Part shown: piece after piece, positions 62,683 to 64,000 of the stretch
Layout: each line of letters opens with the position of its first letter
Numbering within the stretch: the first letter of the stretch is position 1
DNA from: Penicillus capitatus
Lineage: Eukaryota > Plantae > Chlorophyta
Reading direction: 5' to 3'
Assembly: GCA_965649825.1 (NCBI GenBank)
Contig: OZ287707.1
Span: forward strand, 774,292 to 838,291
Length of the DNA stretch: 64,000 nucleotides
The notes under the pieces: model-generated
The model's database searches: none
The model's input: only the letters and a program-made list of their open reading frames with translations
Told to the model about the DNA's origin: nothing
Position numbers and translations under genes: made by a program

Positions 62683-64000
62683 TTAAAGAGATAACCGGGA
62701 TGAAGATGTTTCTGTCTTTTTGTGAATGAGCAAGACGTCACATCGCAATCGAACATGTGGCTTTTCGCCAGAAGTTGGTGGTATCATATCGAAGTACGGC
62801 AGGGCAACGAGATCTTTCTGTTTATCTGCCAGAATGAGTCTCGCATGCGACAGTGCCGTGAGTAATCGAGCCACAGCACGGGCACCAGCAGCCGTGCAAT
62901 CCAGTCGATGACTGAACTGGATCTGCGCCGCCATCGCCGTTCCAACGCTCTTGGCGTCATTCGTGTTATTGAGTCGAAAGACAATCTTGTCTGCATCCAG
63001 CAAAGCAACACGTTTGGATACGTCCTGCATGAGACGGAGCCACGTCACCACCTGACACTCACCGTTGCGACTTTCGCGCGGAGAATGGATACACTGAATG
63101 CCCAGATCATAACCAGCGATTTCGCGCACACAGGCACGGGATATTGCAATGGATTTGAAGTTCTGGTTATGTGCTGCCAGTCCTGTCGAAAAAACCTGCA
63201 CTCCAGCGCATGTTCGCAGAAATGTAACAAAGGTTGCAGCCGATTTTCTGGGATCTGTCTCGGCAGCGACTTTCACAATGGGCAGGCGGACATCCAGCGT
63301 TTCAGAAAATGCTTCTTCGAGAGGCGGAAGATCTGCAACAGGAAGGTGGAATCGCGGAGGTCGGACAGCAAAGATAGATTTTGAGTCAGTCACCTCCTCA
63401 TCCATCTGCCTCTCCACGAGAGTGAGACACGTGGCATGATGGACCTTCGAATCTTCAAGTCCATCAATCTTAGTGACAGAGGGATAGCAGTCAACGTCGT
63501 GCCGATGACTCATACAATAACGTCGTGTCCAGATAGATGCGATAACACATCGCGCCAGAGCACTCGTTCCCATTGCTAGCACATCCACTCGTCCTTGTTT
63601 GGAGAGCGCTGCTTTCATGGACTTGGCCAACTTACGCATGTCTGTGTCACGCCGGACACGTAGCCTTTCTACGGACCAAGAGGAATCGTTCAATGGAGAC
63701 GATCGTTTCAGCGTGAAGAAGACTTGATTCGAAGAATTGCGATCGATCCTGATCGGCAACGAAATCGGATAGAGATGTGATTGCGAATCGCCTTACCAGA
63801 AACAATGATTGGCTTGGAAATGGATATCATCTGCCTCTTGCATCCTCGCTTTATAACGTGCAATCGAGACGCCCTTGATAAATCGAGACAAAGATTCGTC
63901 GCCTGAAGCGATCGTGTCACAGACGCCATGCTTCTGAAGATGTAGGAAGATCGCCGTCGCTAGTGAACGGTAATCCGTCTTGTTGCTGACACGGAACTCT
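62683..64000 (-). CDS. Protein with at least four tandem SpoVS-like (Alba-fold) domains; 5' end outside window
   Basis: Four repeats of the SpoVS pattern hhKV..(T/S)D...hA.Ah...h...G.h.h.A.G..A....hKAhAIAR; intron 63796-63749 joins the edge exon to ORF 62683..63759. Confidence 0.7.

Noticed and set aside
1-64000. Alternative genetic code (TAA/TAG = Gln, as in some ulvophytes) to explain in-frame stops
   Set aside because: Conserved genes end in TAA/TAG at expected positions (DBP5, hisA, PTOX), long exons contain no TAR codons, and internal stops mostly fall in introns
1-64000. Prokaryotic operon, CRISPR array, prophage, tRNA/rRNA or transposon
   Set aside because: Spliceosomal introns and eukaryotic genes throughout; no spaced direct repeats, terminal repeats, transposase/RT motifs or structural-RNA signatures seen by eye (not a substitute for tRNAscan/Infernal)

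Overview
Gene-dense eukaryotic nuclear DNA, about 48% GC by eye, with many short (about 35-60 nt) spliceosomal introns, which is why the six-frame ORFs are fragmented. It is most consistent with a flagellated chlorophyte green alga with a compact genome: it carries plastid-targeted LepA, HisA, PTOX, Rpl4 and a CRM protein plus axonemal/centriolar DRC5 and CCDC77. A Bryopsidales/Ulvophyceae-like placement is inference only. The standard genetic code is used. About 35 protein-coding genes can be reconstructed by hand-splicing, mostly housekeeping. I saw no tRNA, rRNA, CRISPR array or transposon. The notable observations are: (1) a protein with at least four tandem SpoVS/Alba-like domains running off the right edge; (2) a ~1430 aa NLR-like NACHT-HEAT protein made by joining two ORFs across one 53-nt intron; (3) at least six introns that apparently need non-canonical GC donors; (4) a truncated polycystin-like N-terminal gene directly behind a TMC/OSCA-like channel; (5) a tandem pair of unknown coiled-coil paralogues; (6) extreme compaction, with divergent start codons 35-46 bp apart and convergent stops 10-32 bp apart. 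Gene boundaries come from manual splicing and family calls from remembered motifs; no searches were run.
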